Shown: positions 29,723 to 40,436 of the stretch, piece after piece
How positions within the stretch are numbered: the first letter of the stretch is position 1
Layout: each line of letters begins with the position of its first letter
From: Polyangiaceae bacterium
GTDB lineage: Bacteria; Myxococcota_A; Polyangia; Polyangiales; Polyangiaceae
Direction of reading: 5' to 3'
Length of the DNA: 64,000 nt
Assembly (NCBI GenBank): GCA_965222375.1
Contig: CBDCTZ010000016.1
Span: forward strand, 1,536,001-1,600,000
The notes under the pieces: generated by a model
Seen by the model: the letters and a program-made list of their open reading frames with translations, nothing else
The model's database searches: none
What the model was told of the DNA's origin: nothing
Made by a program: the position numbers and the translations under genes

Positions 29723-30475
29723 TCACTTGCACTGACAACGCGCTTTGTCCGAGAGGACCAAGCCGAGATCCTGCGCGATTGTTCGGATCGGACTATCGCA
29801 TTCATTTGTGCTGGCCCCTTGGACGGCGCAGGTATCGCCAAATTCGGTCGAGACGCATTCCATTCCATACTTGGCGCAGACGATCGCGCAGCTTTGCACC
29901 CCCGACTGGACGTCAATACATTCACTGGTAGGCCAAGACGTCAGGCCATACGGCGGCCCCGGATCCGCACCCGCTCGACACCACCACTCATTGAAAAAGC
30001 GGTCACACCAGGCCCCCAATTTCGCGCAGGTATCGTTAGGGGTGCACGAATAGCTACAGTACTCTTTGCCGTCCATCTCTTTGCAAAGCCGGAATGGTGG
30101 AATCTCAACGAGGCCCAAGCTCTTGATCTCGGCGTTCAGGCCCTGACAGGCCTCGGGCTCGACGATGCATGCATCGCCGAGGTTGCCAGCGTTGGGGCAC
30201 TCAGGTTCCCAAGCGCAGTCCCCACACGCGCACGACTCGGATGCCGGGTCACAGGTCCCGTCCTGGTTGCACGCGTCGCAGCCTGAAGCGCACTGGGGGC
30301 ACGTACAGGACATTCCGGGTTCGCAACTCGCGGCAGCGTTGCAAGGCACGCTGCCTGCTTCCACCGGACCTGCGTCGTGCGGTTGCTGCTGTGACACGCT
30401 TTCGCTGCCACACCCCATCGGATAGACGCACACGCCCATCGCCAACGCACGGACGAAGAACAGAGAACGGGTCAT
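29723..30475 (-). CDS. Cys-rich lipoprotein
   Basis: PMGC lipobox-like signal; more than 25 Cys. Confidence 0.65.
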   Translation of the reverse strand: MTRSLFFVRALAMGVCVYPMGCGSESVSQQQPHDAGPVEAGSVPCNAAASCEPGMSCTCPQCASGCDACNQDGTCDPASESCACGDCAWEPECPNAGNLGDACIVEPEACQGLNAEIKSLGLVEIPPFRLCKEMDGKEYCSYSCTPNDTCAKLGAWCDRFFNEWWCRAGADPGPPYGLTSWPTSECIDVQSGVQSCAIVCAKYGMECVSTEFGDTCAVQGASTNECDSPIRTIAQDLGLVLSDKARCQCK

Positions 30476-30889
30476 GACAGAGAACAACAGCAAGTCCTGT
30501 GCCGTGCGCAAACGCCACGGCCCCGGGCGTAGCCGGTGGTGCGGTGCTCCAGTCAATTGGGGGGTACAACAGTCCGCTGGTTGGTGTCACAGATCGGCCT
30601 GTGAGAACGCGCTCGGATCGACCAAGCGGTTCCACCTGACCATGGGACCCCATCCCCGGCTCATGATGGGCATGCGTCGGAACGCCTCGACGACACGGGG
30701 TGGCGTGGCCGACGATGTGACGACGATTTGTGCAAACTGGGCGGGCTCTCCGTCTTGCCGCATGCCGGGCTCCGTGCCGTGGGCCTTTGCCGAGCTGGCG
30801 CGAGCATTCTGAACTTTCAGCGTGCACCGAGGAGCGACCCAGTCCCCGACGCGACACCGGAGTAGCAATGACAACCGAACTCGCCGCAC

Positions 30890-31064
30890 GCCCCACCCGC
30901 AACTTGTGGCCCAGCCCGAGAGTAGCGGCCCACTGTGCCCCACTGTCGCGACCCCAAACCCAAATCCCAGACCTGAGATCTTCGGCTTCTGAACCGGCGG
31001 CCCTTGTGGTCGAAATCCTTCGCCCCTGTCGCCCGCCGCTAGCGTTCGCTATATGCGCTAGCAA
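30890..31064 (+). repeat. uvrA upstream region (type 2) with core repeat
   Basis: Near-identical to about 40437-40612. Confidence 0.8.
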
Positions 31065-31542
31065 ATGCTGCCCATCGAGCTCAAGGGTGCGCGGACGCAC
31101 AATTTGAAAGATGTGAGCCTCGACTTGGCTCCGGGCAAGCTGGTGGTGCTCACTGGGGTCAGTGGGGCGGGTAAGAGCAGCTTGGCGCTGGATACGTTGT
31201 ACGCGGAGGGGCAGCGGCGCTTCGTGGAGAGCTTTTCGCCCTATGCGCGGCAGTTCCTCGAGCGACTCCCCCTGAGGGGTTCCCTTCGGTCTCGAACGGC
31301 CGCCGATGGACAAGCTCGAGCCCGTGGCCGCGGGCATCGCAGTGGATCGCCGCGCGCCGGTGAAGAGCTCGCGCGCCGTTGATGCGGTAGCTCGCAGTTG
31401 CACGGAGTGCTGAAGCTACCCTGCGCGGAACTGGTGGGCTTCGGTGGCGACGATGGCGGATCTGGAGCCGTACTTGTCGGCGTTGTTCACGCGGGAGGCG
31501 CTCCCGGTGTGCCCGGAGCACGATGCGGAAGGCGTGGAGCTG
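31065..31542 (+). pseudogene. uvrA: uvrA 5' fragment C with two short insertions
   Basis: Matches about 44612-45001 apart from inserts at about 31269-31293 and 31374-31440. Confidence 0.85.
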
Positions 31543-31637
31543 TGCCGAGGGGCTTGTCGAAACTGACTTGCTGAGTTTCTTTGGGTTTGGGGGTCGGGTC
31601 GCGGGTGCGCCGTGGGCCACTACTCCCAAGCGGGGCC
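31543..31637 (-). repeat. Inverted core repeat after fragment C
   Basis: ctgagtttctttgggtttgggggtcgg...GGGCCACTACTCCC at 31614-31627. Confidence 0.75.
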
Positions 31638-31648
31638 GTAGCGTCCGG

Positions 31649-34600
31649 CTACTGGCACCCGAAGGCGCTGTTGGGAAGCTTTGGACAACCGCTCGCTTGG
31701 CTCTTGGGCACCTCGATAGTTACATCGCGTTCGGCCGTATTGCCCGCGGCATCCTTGACCTCGACAGTCACGGTGTAGGTCCGCGCTCCGGAGCCAGCAC
31801 GCGTCGAGCGCAGGCACACCTTGTCACTGGTGTAAACGATGTCGTTCGGCTTGGTTGCCTCGTTGCTCGAGACGCTGACGATGCGTGTTGTCGGTGCAGG
31901 ATCGCAATAGTCAGTTGCCGACACGACAATCTCTTGGCCTAGATCGAACTGCACTTGCTTGTGGTTCGGCGGCCACATGCAGGAGGGGCTTGCGGTCACG
32001 GAGTCGATCACCGGAGGCGTGACATCGGGGAAGCAAATCCCGCGCAGCCCGCCACTCGTAAGCACCAAGCTACCGCTGTAACGCGGCGGGGGAGTCGTCA
32101 CAGGTACGAAAGCTGGGCGTGCCTGGGTGATTTCACGACCGAAGAAGCTCACGGCACGGTAGGGCAGGACGTTGCCCGAGAGGATGGGTTCCGTGGCTTC
32201 GAAAGCAGTGTCCTTGATGACCACCTCCCCAGTTTTCGAGTCGTCCAGACGAATGAGGCCAGCCCAGCCCGCCTGGAGCGTCTCGGTCGTTCCCACTTTG
32301 AAGCTTTCCCAGGACGCACCGACAATCACGAGCCCGTTGCTCGTGCCCCCGACATTCCAGCCAAAGCGATCACCTATGGTGAGCGGGTGGCCCCCGACGG
32401 TCTCAGCCATATCTCCGATCTTTGGGTCGCCTTGCTTCCAAAAGGCCTGACCAGCTGCCGTGATGCCCTCTGCACTCCCTCGCAGCACGTGGGCAGCTCC
32501 CTCGGCGAGATCGTCGTTGAACGCGCCGATGATGAGATCGTCGAATCGATCCAAGTCCGCTCGGGTGATCGCCAGAAACCCACCGAAGCCATCGCCAGCG
32601 GCATTCGTGCCCTTGATTGGTTCGCCGCCTGCGAGAACTCCCTGCGCCAGGCGCTGAACCGTCGTACCGATCAGGCCTCCAGTCCCGCCGGTCACGACGT
32701 ACACGGCTCCGTTGCGAATGGAGCCCGTCCCTTCATTCACTCCGATCGCAAGATCCACGCAAGGTCGGCCGCGCGAGGAGTCGCCGTTGAAGTTGCCGGC
32801 GGCCAGTGCCCACCCGAAGCGCTCACCTTGAGGTGGCAAGTTGGCGAGGCCGAGCGTTACCTTGTCGAGACGTTGGCGCACGTTCGGGTTGAGACCAGTG
32901 TTGGAGCCGTACAGGACGGTGACGGCACCTGCAGCGGACCCCGCTACCAGCTCGCGAGTCCCGCTGACCGCCAGGTCTTCGTAGCCGTCGCAATTGAAGT
33001 CCCCGCTGGTCATGGCGGTTTCCAGGTTGGCTAGCTCGACGACCCCCAGTTGCGCCCAGCTGAGCACCGATTGTGGGCTCGAAGTCGTCAAGCCTGTATC
33101 CTTCTCACCGCCGATGATGTGCACGTCCGCGCGGGACAGAATGGCCAGGTCATCTCGCCCGTCGCCATTGTAGTCTCCAACACTCAGCCGCACGCCAAAC
33201 AGTCCGTCTGCGACCGGGCTGCCCTGAAGGTTCGCCTTCTCGAGCTGACGCACGAGGATGGGCTGCTTCGGGCAATCGCCGTTCTGGTCCAGCGGCACCG
33301 GACATTTCAGCAGGAAGTCGTTCTTGAAGGTCGTCACCATGCCTGCGCGGTTCTGGCCAGACACATCTACGCCCGGTGCTCCCATGACGAGTGTGTGGGT
33401 GCCGTCAGCGGCACCGTCGAAGTTGCCCCATGCCAGGGAGCTACCAAAGCCGTCACCAGGCACGGATGCATATGACAGTGCCTGGGGCGCAATCGCTTTC
33501 AGAATGTCGAGGTCCAGTAGATTCGCTTCGAATCCCGCGCCTGGATTTGCCATGAAGTAGACGCGCCCGGTCGTAGATTGAATCGGCATTCCCGCCCAAA
33601 ACCCAGACGATTCGAGGCCCGGCGCGCTGATGGCGAAGGTCTCCTGCTCGCCAACCGTGGCTGGGTCGTACCAGTTGAACCCCCGTGGGACGAACTGGGC
33701 CGGCACCGTCAGACCCACGTTCTTTTCACCGAGAAACACGTCCTCGCTGCCGTCGAAGCGCACGGCTGCAACGTCGTCGATGTCGTCTCCATCGTAGCGA
33801 CCGACTCGCATGTACTCGTAGGGCCCAGCCGGTTGCCAGGTTGGGACCTGCGTGAAGGAAAACGTCGGAGCGCCCGCGAAGTAGTACGGCACGGCGGTCA
33901 GAGCCGGCCCAATCGTTCCAAGAATATCGTCGCGCCCGTCGTCGTTGAAGTCACCGCCAAAGGTGCCGCCCACATCCGCCAAGTTGGCGGGAAACAGCGT
34001 GTCGAGTGGGAACTCCTGCGCGCCGTTGTTGAAACTGGCGACGATGACCAGCGTATTGGTGGCAGACAGCCGCACCTCGATGCCATCGTCGGCGGATCCG
34101 TCTGCGTCGAGATCGAGAGCGAGGCGAAAGCCTTGGTGACGCAAGTGCGAACGCGCCCAATCGCGAAAACCGGAGGCGGCGACGTGTTGATTCCACGAAG
34201 GAGCGTCCACGCTTCCGACTTTGTTCCCATCGGCCACGTGCATGATTCCGACGATGGGGCCTTCGGCGCCCGTCGTGTGCTCGATGCATGGCCCACCCGA
34301 ATCACCACCGACCATCACCGCGTCGAAGGTCGTATCTTGTGGGCCAGGATCCGTCGTTGTCTCAACCAGTCCACCACCGCGATTGGTCACGAATGCGTCC
34401 TTGTTGTTTCGCAGCGGAAGTAGCGGCAGCTCCTGCGGGAGGAGCGTGCTCGGATGTGGGTGCGGAACTACGGTGAAGTCAGCCTTGCGCAGCTTCCCGC
34501 GTTTCGCGAGCGCCAAGCTGAACGGGGGCCTGTCCCAGGACATGCCGTAGCACGTCACTTTCTTGTTGTAGAGTTCCAGCGTCTCCTTGTTGGAGATGGG

Positions 34601-35158
34601 GCGCTTGTAGAATGCTCCGCCACCGGCAACATTGAAACCGACGACACCACCGACGCGCACCACTCCGATGTCCTTGCCGGTCTGTTCGCGGGCGTGTTTC
34701 TCGAATTCTTCCTTCGTTGGCACTGTACCCGCGGGCTCCAGCGTCTCGTACTTGCTGTGAAAACGACCACCACAGGCTTCCTTCGCTGTTCCAGAGCAGC
34801 TGAGCGTCCGTACTTGTGCACCTCCCGGTGCGGACGGATCGGGCATCGTGAAGCGCAGGTACTTCGGGACCAGGTTCTTGCACTTGAACTTGGCGAATTC
34901 ATAGTCGAGCACATGGGCCGCGGTCAGGATCACGTCATGAGTGATGGCAATCCCGGTCCCCAGGTTGCAAGTCTTTGTCCCCGCTTGGTCGACAGAGTGT
35001 TCGATCAACACCACGCCCACGCTGCTCGCATCGGGCACGGATGTTCCTCCGTATAGGGCGGAGCTTCCCCCCGAGCTTTTGGGGTCACCTGCTCCGCTAC
35101 ATGCCAGAGCCACGCCAGCGCCACAAACCAACACCCACCCCGAAACTTTCCCCATCAT
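31649..35158 (-). CDS. Lipoprotein with trypsin-like protease, FG-GAP repeats and C-terminal WPPNHK domain
   Basis: ALAC; LTAAHV, DIGVV, GGDSGGP; several GDFNxDGxDDLAI and FGxxLA repeats. Confidence 0.85.
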   Translation of the reverse strand: MMGKVSGWVLVCGAGVALACSGAGDPKSSGGSSALYGGTSVPDASSVGVVLIEHSVDQAGTKTCNLGTGIAITHDVILTAAHVLDYEFAKFKCKNLVPKYLRFTMPDPSAPGGAQVRTLSCSGTAKEACGGRFHSKYETLEPAGTVPTKEEFEKHAREQTGKDIGVVRVGGVVGFNVAGGGAFYKRPISNKETLELYNKKVTCYGMSWDRPPFSLALAKRGKLRKADFTVVPHPHPSTLLPQELPLLPLRNNKDAFVTNRGGGLVETTTDPGPQDTTFDAVMVGGDSGGPCIEHTTGAEGPIVGIMHVADGNKVGSVDAPSWNQHVAASGFRDWARSHLRHQGFRLALDLDADGSADDGIEVRLSATNTLVIVASFNNGAQEFPLDTLFPANLADVGGTFGGDFNDDGRDDILGTIGPALTAVPYYFAGAPTFSFTQVPTWQPAGPYEYMRVGRYDGDDIDDVAAVRFDGSEDVFLGEKNVGLTVPAQFVPRGFNWYDPATVGEQETFAISAPGLESSGFWAGMPIQSTTGRVYFMANPGAGFEANLLDLDILKAIAPQALSYASVPGDGFGSSLAWGNFDGAADGTHTLVMGAPGVDVSGQNRAGMVTTFKNDFLLKCPVPLDQNGDCPKQPILVRQLEKANLQGSPVADGLFGVRLSVGDYNGDGRDDLAILSRADVHIIGGEKDTGLTTSSPQSVLSWAQLGVVELANLETAMTSGDFNCDGYEDLAVSGTRELVAGSAAGAVTVLYGSNTGLNPNVRQRLDKVTLGLANLPPQGERFGWALAAGNFNGDSSRGRPCVDLAIGVNEGTGSIRNGAVYVVTGGTGGLIGTTVQRLAQGVLAGGEPIKGTNAAGDGFGGFLAITRADLDRFDDLIIGAFNDDLAEGAAHVLRGSAEGITAAGQAFWKQGDPKIGDMAETVGGHPLTIGDRFGWNVGGTSNGLVIVGASWESFKVGTTETLQAGWAGLIRLDDSKTGEVVIKDTAFEATEPILSGNVLPYRAVSFFGREITQARPAFVPVTTPPPRYSGSLVLTSGGLRGICFPDVTPPVIDSVTASPSCMWPPNHKQVQFDLGQEIVVSATDYCDPAPTTRIVSVSSNEATKPNDIVYTSDKVCLRSTRAGSGARTYTVTVEVKDAAGNTAERDVTIEVPKSQASGCPKLPNSAFGCQ

Positions 35159-35213
35159 GCAATGATGGTAGCGATTTTTTTTTTTTCTCGGTCAAGCTAG
35201 TTCTAGAAAGCAG

Positions 35214-36326
35214 ATGAAGTGGCGCCGGCAAAGACTCGTGACGCGTGTGGGTGGGAGTGCGACAGCGCTCGCTGCCGCGACGCTAGTCGCATGGTCTGCA
35301 TGTTCGCCAGCTGCAACGCCGCACCCGACCCCGCCTTCGGCAGGTCGTGGTGACGCGTCGCAGCCGGATGTCGCGTTCGATGACGCCGCCACCCGGCCGA
35401 GATTCGTACGACCAGCGCCGGTGTCCGGCCCCTACCTTCCACTCCCGCGAACCTTTCGGCAGGTGCTGCCACCGGTCGCCGAGCGCTCATCGATTGCCGG
35501 CTGGGGCGACCGCGTGTGGTTCGGTTCTAGCGGGAAGCTCCTCGAGCACGATGGCAAGGGCATTCGGCAGCAGGCGTTGTGCGGAGCCACGCACCATCCA
35601 GCAGACTACGTCGGGTCCGGTCCAAACGGAATCATTGCGGTGCAATCGACTACTAGTCCTGTCACGATAACAGTGATTACCGATGCTGGCCGGCAATGCC
35701 AGAACTTCAACAGCGAGTCAGTGGGCGCCCACTACCGCCTTGCAATGCAGACCCGCCCGCGCCGCACGAGCATCGCCGTTCCTCCAGATGCTCGCCCGCT
35801 GCTTGGCTTCGCAATCCCCCCGCCCCACGGCGAAGACGGGAGGCATGGCTTGGGAAACATGTTCTTCCTCGGGCGCGCGATCTGGTTGGAAGTCGTGACA
35901 AAGGGAGCTCATGTGTATCGGTTTGATTCTGGGCGCTGGGTTCTCGACAACCCCCCAGTCGGATCGATTGGGGACATGTGGGCAGACCCGAGCGGCACGG
36001 TCTGGGCGATCACTGGCTATGCGTTGTCCAAGCACGACGGGTCGCGCTGGACGATGGTGCCAGTGCCCGAGGGCTTCAGGCCACGCCGCATGACGGGAGC
36101 GAGCGCGAAGGACATCTGGTTCGTCGGCGGCTCCGAGAAGATCTTCCAATTCGACGGAGCCAAGTGGCATCGCGGCACGATCGCCGCACCCAAGCGGCAG
36201 ATCCAAACCAAGGACGGCCCCAAGATGATCGATTCGCCCGAGGGCCCGAAAGACATCCACATGACTCGCTCCGGAGTACTGTGGTTGCTCACCAAGTCCG
36301 GTCGGATCTATCGTGCGGAGCCGTGA
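35214..36326 (+). CDS. Hypothetical lipoprotein with beta-propeller-like C-terminus
   Basis: WSAC; repeated W..G...FDG..W units. Confidence 0.6.
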   Translation: MKWRRQRLVTRVGGSATALAAATLVAWSACSPAATPHPTPPSAGRGDASQPDVAFDDAATRPRFVRPAPVSGPYLPLPRTFRQVLPPVAERSSIAGWGDRVWFGSSGKLLEHDGKGIRQQALCGATHHPADYVGSGPNGIIAVQSTTSPVTITVITDAGRQCQNFNSESVGAHYRLAMQTRPRRTSIAVPPDARPLLGFAIPPPHGEDGRHGLGNMFFLGRAIWLEVVTKGAHVYRFDSGRWVLDNPPVGSIGDMWADPSGTVWAITGYALSKHDGSRWTMVPVPEGFRPRRMTGASAKDIWFVGGSEKIFQFDGAKWHRGTIAAPKRQIQTKDGPKMIDSPEGPKDIHMTRSGVLWLLTKSGRIYRAEP

Positions 36327-36520
36327 GGCAGTTGCGTCCGCTCTCTTGAGCGTCGTCGCCCAATGGCGTTGGACCGCACCAGTTCAAGTCGAGACCAGCA
36401 GTCCAGATCGGCCAGCGCCTGGAGCCCGACCATTTCCGCTCACGATTGAAACTATAGACGTCCACGCTATGCTCGCCGAATGCCTCTGGTGCCAACGTGA
36501 CCCGCGTTGCGCCCCGGCGC

Positions 36521-37003
36521 ATGGGCCCGCGTAAGTCTCGCCTTTCGCTTCTGCTGTCGCACGCGATCCCGGCGCTATGCGCCGCGTTCGCGTGCGGTGG
36601 GCGTTCGCAGCTTCTGCTGGGTGGCGAATCGGGCGGTGCTTCCACGGTGGATAGTGGAGCCGGGGGCACCGCAGCGGCTTCAACCGGAGGCGTCGGAGGC
36701 CACGTTGGGGGCCAGAGCGGCACGGCGGGCGGCGGCGGTCTCGGTGGCACGGCGGGCGACGGCGGCGGAGGCGGCCAGGAATGCGAGTGGCTTCAGGTTG
36801 ACGCGCAAACAGTCATTGATGGTGCTCCCGGGCATGACGAGTGGCATCCCGCACTGGCGCTTTCGAGCGATGACGGTGCTCGAGCAACGCTGATGTTCCG
36901 CCGGCACCCGGTTGCAGCGCACTGGGCGCCTCCGCACCCCAGGCTCGGTCACATCACCTTCGACGCCTGGAGGCCTTGGCCTAAGAGTGTATTTCAAAGA
37001 TAA
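36521..37003 (+). pseudogene. Probably truncated Gly-rich lipoprotein
   Basis: FAC lipobox and Gly linker; the ORF runs into AT-richer sequence at about 36980. Confidence 0.5.
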
Positions 37004-37041
37004 CCTGTTGTCAGACTTCGTCAAGGTGATAAGTTCACACC

Positions 37042-38220
37042 ATGAGCGATCCCGTTGCACCGCCGGCGAATTTGCGCCGACTCCGCACCGCCAAGGGGCT
37101 CAGCCAGCGCGCGGTGGCGGAGGCTGCAGGTCTGTCGCGCATCGGGTATCGAGAGATCGAAACCGGCAAAGTGGCCCCACGGTTGGCTTCGCTCGAGCGA
37201 ATCTCCGCCGCACTCGGGGTTTCGGTCCCAGAGCTGCTCGCGCCTGTTCGAGAGCTACGACATGTTCGCTTTCGCGCCAACAAGCGGATGATGACGCGGG
37301 AGAACATCCTGGCGGACGTGGCTCGCTGGCTCGACGACTACGAAGAGGTCGAGGCACTGGTTGGCGGCAAGGTGCAGTGGAAACTCATGGGGCTGGCCGC
37401 TCGGCTCGCGCGTTCGAAGGGCCGAGGCGTGAGGTTTGCGAAGCAAGCAGCGGCCCAAGCGCGCGAAGCCCTCGGGCTTTCTGACGGCGCGCACGAGGAC
37501 ATCGTGCGTGACATGTGCGGTCTGCTCGAGGATAACGGTGCAAAAGTGCTGACTGCCCCGGTCGCGTCGGAAGGATTCTTCGGGCTGTCTATCGGGCAGC
37601 AGGACGGCGGCCCGGCGGTATTCGTGAACGTGTGGGACCGCGTATCCGTGGAGCGGTGGATCTTCACCGCCGCTCACGAACTTGGGCATCTACTGCTGCA
37701 TCCCAGCGCCTACGACGTCCAGCAGACTGAAGAACAGGAAGCCGAGGAGAAAGAGGCCGACGCCTTTGCCGGTCACTTTCTCATGCCCGACGCGCTCTTC
37801 CTGAAGGAATGGGAAGAGGCGCGTGGCCTCGGGCTCGTGGATCGGGTGTTCAAGGTCAAGCGCATCTTCAAGGTGAGCTGGCAATCGGTGCTGTACCGTT
37901 TCGCCGTCGGACTCCTTCCAGCGGAGCGGGCGCGAGCGTGGGCGCAGTTTCATTCTGCATACGCACGTCAGTATGGGCATCCCCTGACTCGAATCGCCGA
38001 GCCGCAAGCGCTGAAACCCCATGAGTTCGGTGGGCGCCCCGTGGACCGCGTTGCGGACGAGCCTGCGAGCTTGGTCGACGACGATTTCCGCGAGGACCGT
38101 TTGAACAGGTTGGTCCGCCTGGCCATCGAGCGAGAGAAGATCAGCTTGAGTCGGGGCGCAGAGATCTTGCGTCTCGATCTGGCAGACATGCGGGAACTTG
38201 CGAACTCATGGGTGGGGTAA
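37042..38220 (+). CDS. XRE HTH / ImmA-IrrE (M78) zinc metallopeptidase fusion
   Basis: LSQRAVAEAAGLSRIGYREIETG HTH; FTAAHELGH; EKEADAFAGHFLMP. Confidence 0.9.
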   Translation: MSDPVAPPANLRRLRTAKGLSQRAVAEAAGLSRIGYREIETGKVAPRLASLERISAALGVSVPELLAPVRELRHVRFRANKRMMTRENILADVARWLDDYEEVEALVGGKVQWKLMGLAARLARSKGRGVRFAKQAAAQAREALGLSDGAHEDIVRDMCGLLEDNGAKVLTAPVASEGFFGLSIGQQDGGPAVFVNVWDRVSVERWIFTAAHELGHLLLHPSAYDVQQTEEQEAEEKEADAFAGHFLMPDALFLKEWEEARGLGLVDRVFKVKRIFKVSWQSVLYRFAVGLLPAERARAWAQFHSAYARQYGHPLTRIAEPQALKPHEFGGRPVDRVADEPASLVDDDFREDRLNRLVRLAIEREKISLSRGAEILRLDLADMRELANSWVG

Positions 38221-38224
38221 TGAC

Positions 38225-38725
38225 GTGGCGAAACGCGCGTTGCTCATACTGGACGCTTGCGTTCTGATCGACTTTTGGGACACGGACCCAAGCCTGTTGA
38301 CATTGGTGATCCGCCACGTGGGTGCGATACATGTTGCGGAAACCGTGCTGTCCGAGGCCAAGAGCGTGCCCCGTGACGGTGTCATCGAAGCAGGGGTGAT
38401 CCCTGTCGAGCCAAGCTTCGAGGTTATGTCGCTGGCCGCAGTTCGCCGTCGTGGGCTCTCTTTCGCGGACCATGTCTGCTTGCTGCTCGCGAAAGACGGG
38501 CGATGGACTTGCGTGACGAACGACGGCCGACTCAGACGAGCCTGCGCCGAAGATGCCGTGAGCGTGCTGTGGGGTCTAGAGTTGGTCTTGCAGCTCGCAC
38601 GCTCCGGCGGAATCGACGCGAAGGCGGCCGAACGTGTCGGGCAAAGCATGGCCGCGAAGAACCGATACTTGACTGATGCCGTGCTGAAGAACTTCGAGGC
38701 CAAGCTGCGGCGTTTGGGCAAGTAG
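38225..38725 (+). CDS. PIN-domain protein
   Basis: ILDACVLID, LSFAD, VTNDGRLRRAC. Confidence 0.8.
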   Translation: MAKRALLILDACVLIDFWDTDPSLLTLVIRHVGAIHVAETVLSEAKSVPRDGVIEAGVIPVEPSFEVMSLAAVRRRGLSFADHVCLLLAKDGRWTCVTNDGRLRRACAEDAVSVLWGLELVLQLARSGGIDAKAAERVGQSMAAKNRYLTDAVLKNFEAKLRRLGK

Positions 38726-38800
38726 AATAGGCGGCCCAAGGCTGCGCACTTGCTCGAGGGTTGCCCCATCGCGATTCGCAGTGCGCTACGCTGAGACCAG

Positions 38801-39778
38801 ATGCGCTATTGGTGGGTGAACCAAAAGCAGACGCACCGCCAGGAAGTCAGCGGTGGGTATCTGTGGTCGCCCAAGCGGCGGGCCGACAATGCGCGCAACC
38901 AGTTCTACGACAACATGAAGGCGGTGGCGCCGGGCGACATCGTGTTCTCGTACTGGGACACTGCGATTCGAGCGTACGGTTTGCTGCGGTCCTTTGGCTA
39001 TGACGCTCCGAAGCCCACAGAGTTCGGGGACGTTGGCCGGAACTGGAGTCAAATCGGATATCGAGCCGACGTCCAATACACGCGTGTCTCCAACGTCGTC
39101 GCGCCTCGGGAAGCTGCAATCTGGAGGAAGGTGCAGCCACTGCTGCCAGCCAAGTATTCTCCGCTTCATCGCGAAACCGGAAAGGGGCTCCAAACTGTGT
39201 ATTTAGCGGCGCTCCCGAACGCCCTGGGCGAGCTCTTTCTGCGGGCTGCTGGGGCACCCGGCGGCTTGCTTCATGTTCGCGAGAACCGCGCTGCGCTCGT
39301 CGCATCGTTAGAAGAGCGCGAGCGGACGACGTGGGAGCAACATATTGTGGAGGAACTCGCGCAATCACCAATGGGAAAGACTGAACGAGAGGCGCTGATT
39401 CGAGCACGCCGAGGGCAGGGCGCTTTCCGAAACAAGGTCTCGCAGGTCGAGCGCGCATGTCGCGTGACCAGGGTCAATAATGGTGCGTATCTGATTGCAA
39501 GCCACATAAAGCCCTGGCGCCATGCCGGAAACGACGAGCGGTTGAGTGCGAACAACGGACTGATGCTGGCGCCGCAGGCGGACTTTTTGTTCGACCGCGG
39601 TTTTATTTCGTTCGGCGACGGGAAGCTGTTGGTTTCGGAAGTCGCCGACGAAGAGAGCCTGGTCAAGCTGGGTGTGGATCCGGAGCGACCACCCGAAGTT
39701 GGCGGGTTCAACGACGAACAAGAGAAGTTCCTCGAGTTTCATCGCTCGGAGATATTCCGCAGCGCAGAACGGTGCTGA
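38801..39778 (+). CDS. HNH endonuclease with N-terminal PUA/EVE-like domain
   Basis: MRYWWVNQ...GGYLWSPK...PGDIVF; ARRGQGAFR, ASHIKPW, NGLML..QAD.LFDRG. Confidence 0.85.
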   Translation: MRYWWVNQKQTHRQEVSGGYLWSPKRRADNARNQFYDNMKAVAPGDIVFSYWDTAIRAYGLLRSFGYDAPKPTEFGDVGRNWSQIGYRADVQYTRVSNVVAPREAAIWRKVQPLLPAKYSPLHRETGKGLQTVYLAALPNALGELFLRAAGAPGGLLHVRENRAALVASLEERERTTWEQHIVEELAQSPMGKTEREALIRARRGQGAFRNKVSQVERACRVTRVNNGAYLIASHIKPWRHAGNDERLSANNGLMLAPQADFLFDRGFISFGDGKLLVSEVADEESLVKLGVDPERPPEVGGFNDEQEKFLEFHRSEIFRSAERC

Positions 39779-40436
39779 ACGACGCTCGTTCCCCGGTGTT
39801 GGCTGCTTTTCGGCGGCCGTTCGATTTCACGACCCAATGGTATTAGGTGAGTCCTCCGCTGCCTTGAGAGCCTCGAGCGTGGCCTTGATTCGACCCAAGC
39901 GACGGATGGTTTCATCCTTGTCTGGGTCTTGGAGCAGAACGGCCACGACGCGACGTGGGAGCCAAGCGCCTGAGACGCTCAGAGCTCGCCGCAGACTATG
40001 AACTCTCCCGCACATTGCGAGCTTGGTGAAGACTCTCGGTTACCTGGATGGGTCGGACATCTGCCCCGAGGTCGTTGGCACAACTCGCTACTACATCTTC
40101 GACAGGGCCGGTGGGGACTGCGCGCTCGGCTGCATCGCACACGAGTATATGGGCATCAAGATCGAGGCAGACGCTGTTCGTAGTGTCACTCACGAAACAG
40201 ATGCAGATTGGACCGCGTGGTTTTCTGCACGGTCGGACTGTGCTTCACACCTGTAGTGTCCGCGGACGTGATGATTCCCCTTGGCGAATCCCTAGGGATC
40301 CGAAGTGGCTGTTACGCTGCTCGAAGGCAACGGGCCTGATTCCCGGACGAACCTCAGCGGCGCTCCGATGTCAGGGACTTGAGCAACGTGTTTCGGGCGG
40401 TGGCACGGGGTTGGTTTGATAGCGGCTGGCGAGGCG

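Noticed and set aside
30560..30700. Possible transposase remnant (CENALGSTKRF)
   Set aside because: Too short and degenerate to support without a search.
36980..37000. CTAAGAGTGTATTTCAAAG as an IS terminal inverted repeat
   Set aside because: No matching partner end found downstream of the HNH gene.
39827..40256. Two short ORFs between the HNH gene and uvrA fragment D
   Set aside because: No recognisable motifs or good starts; probably gene debris.
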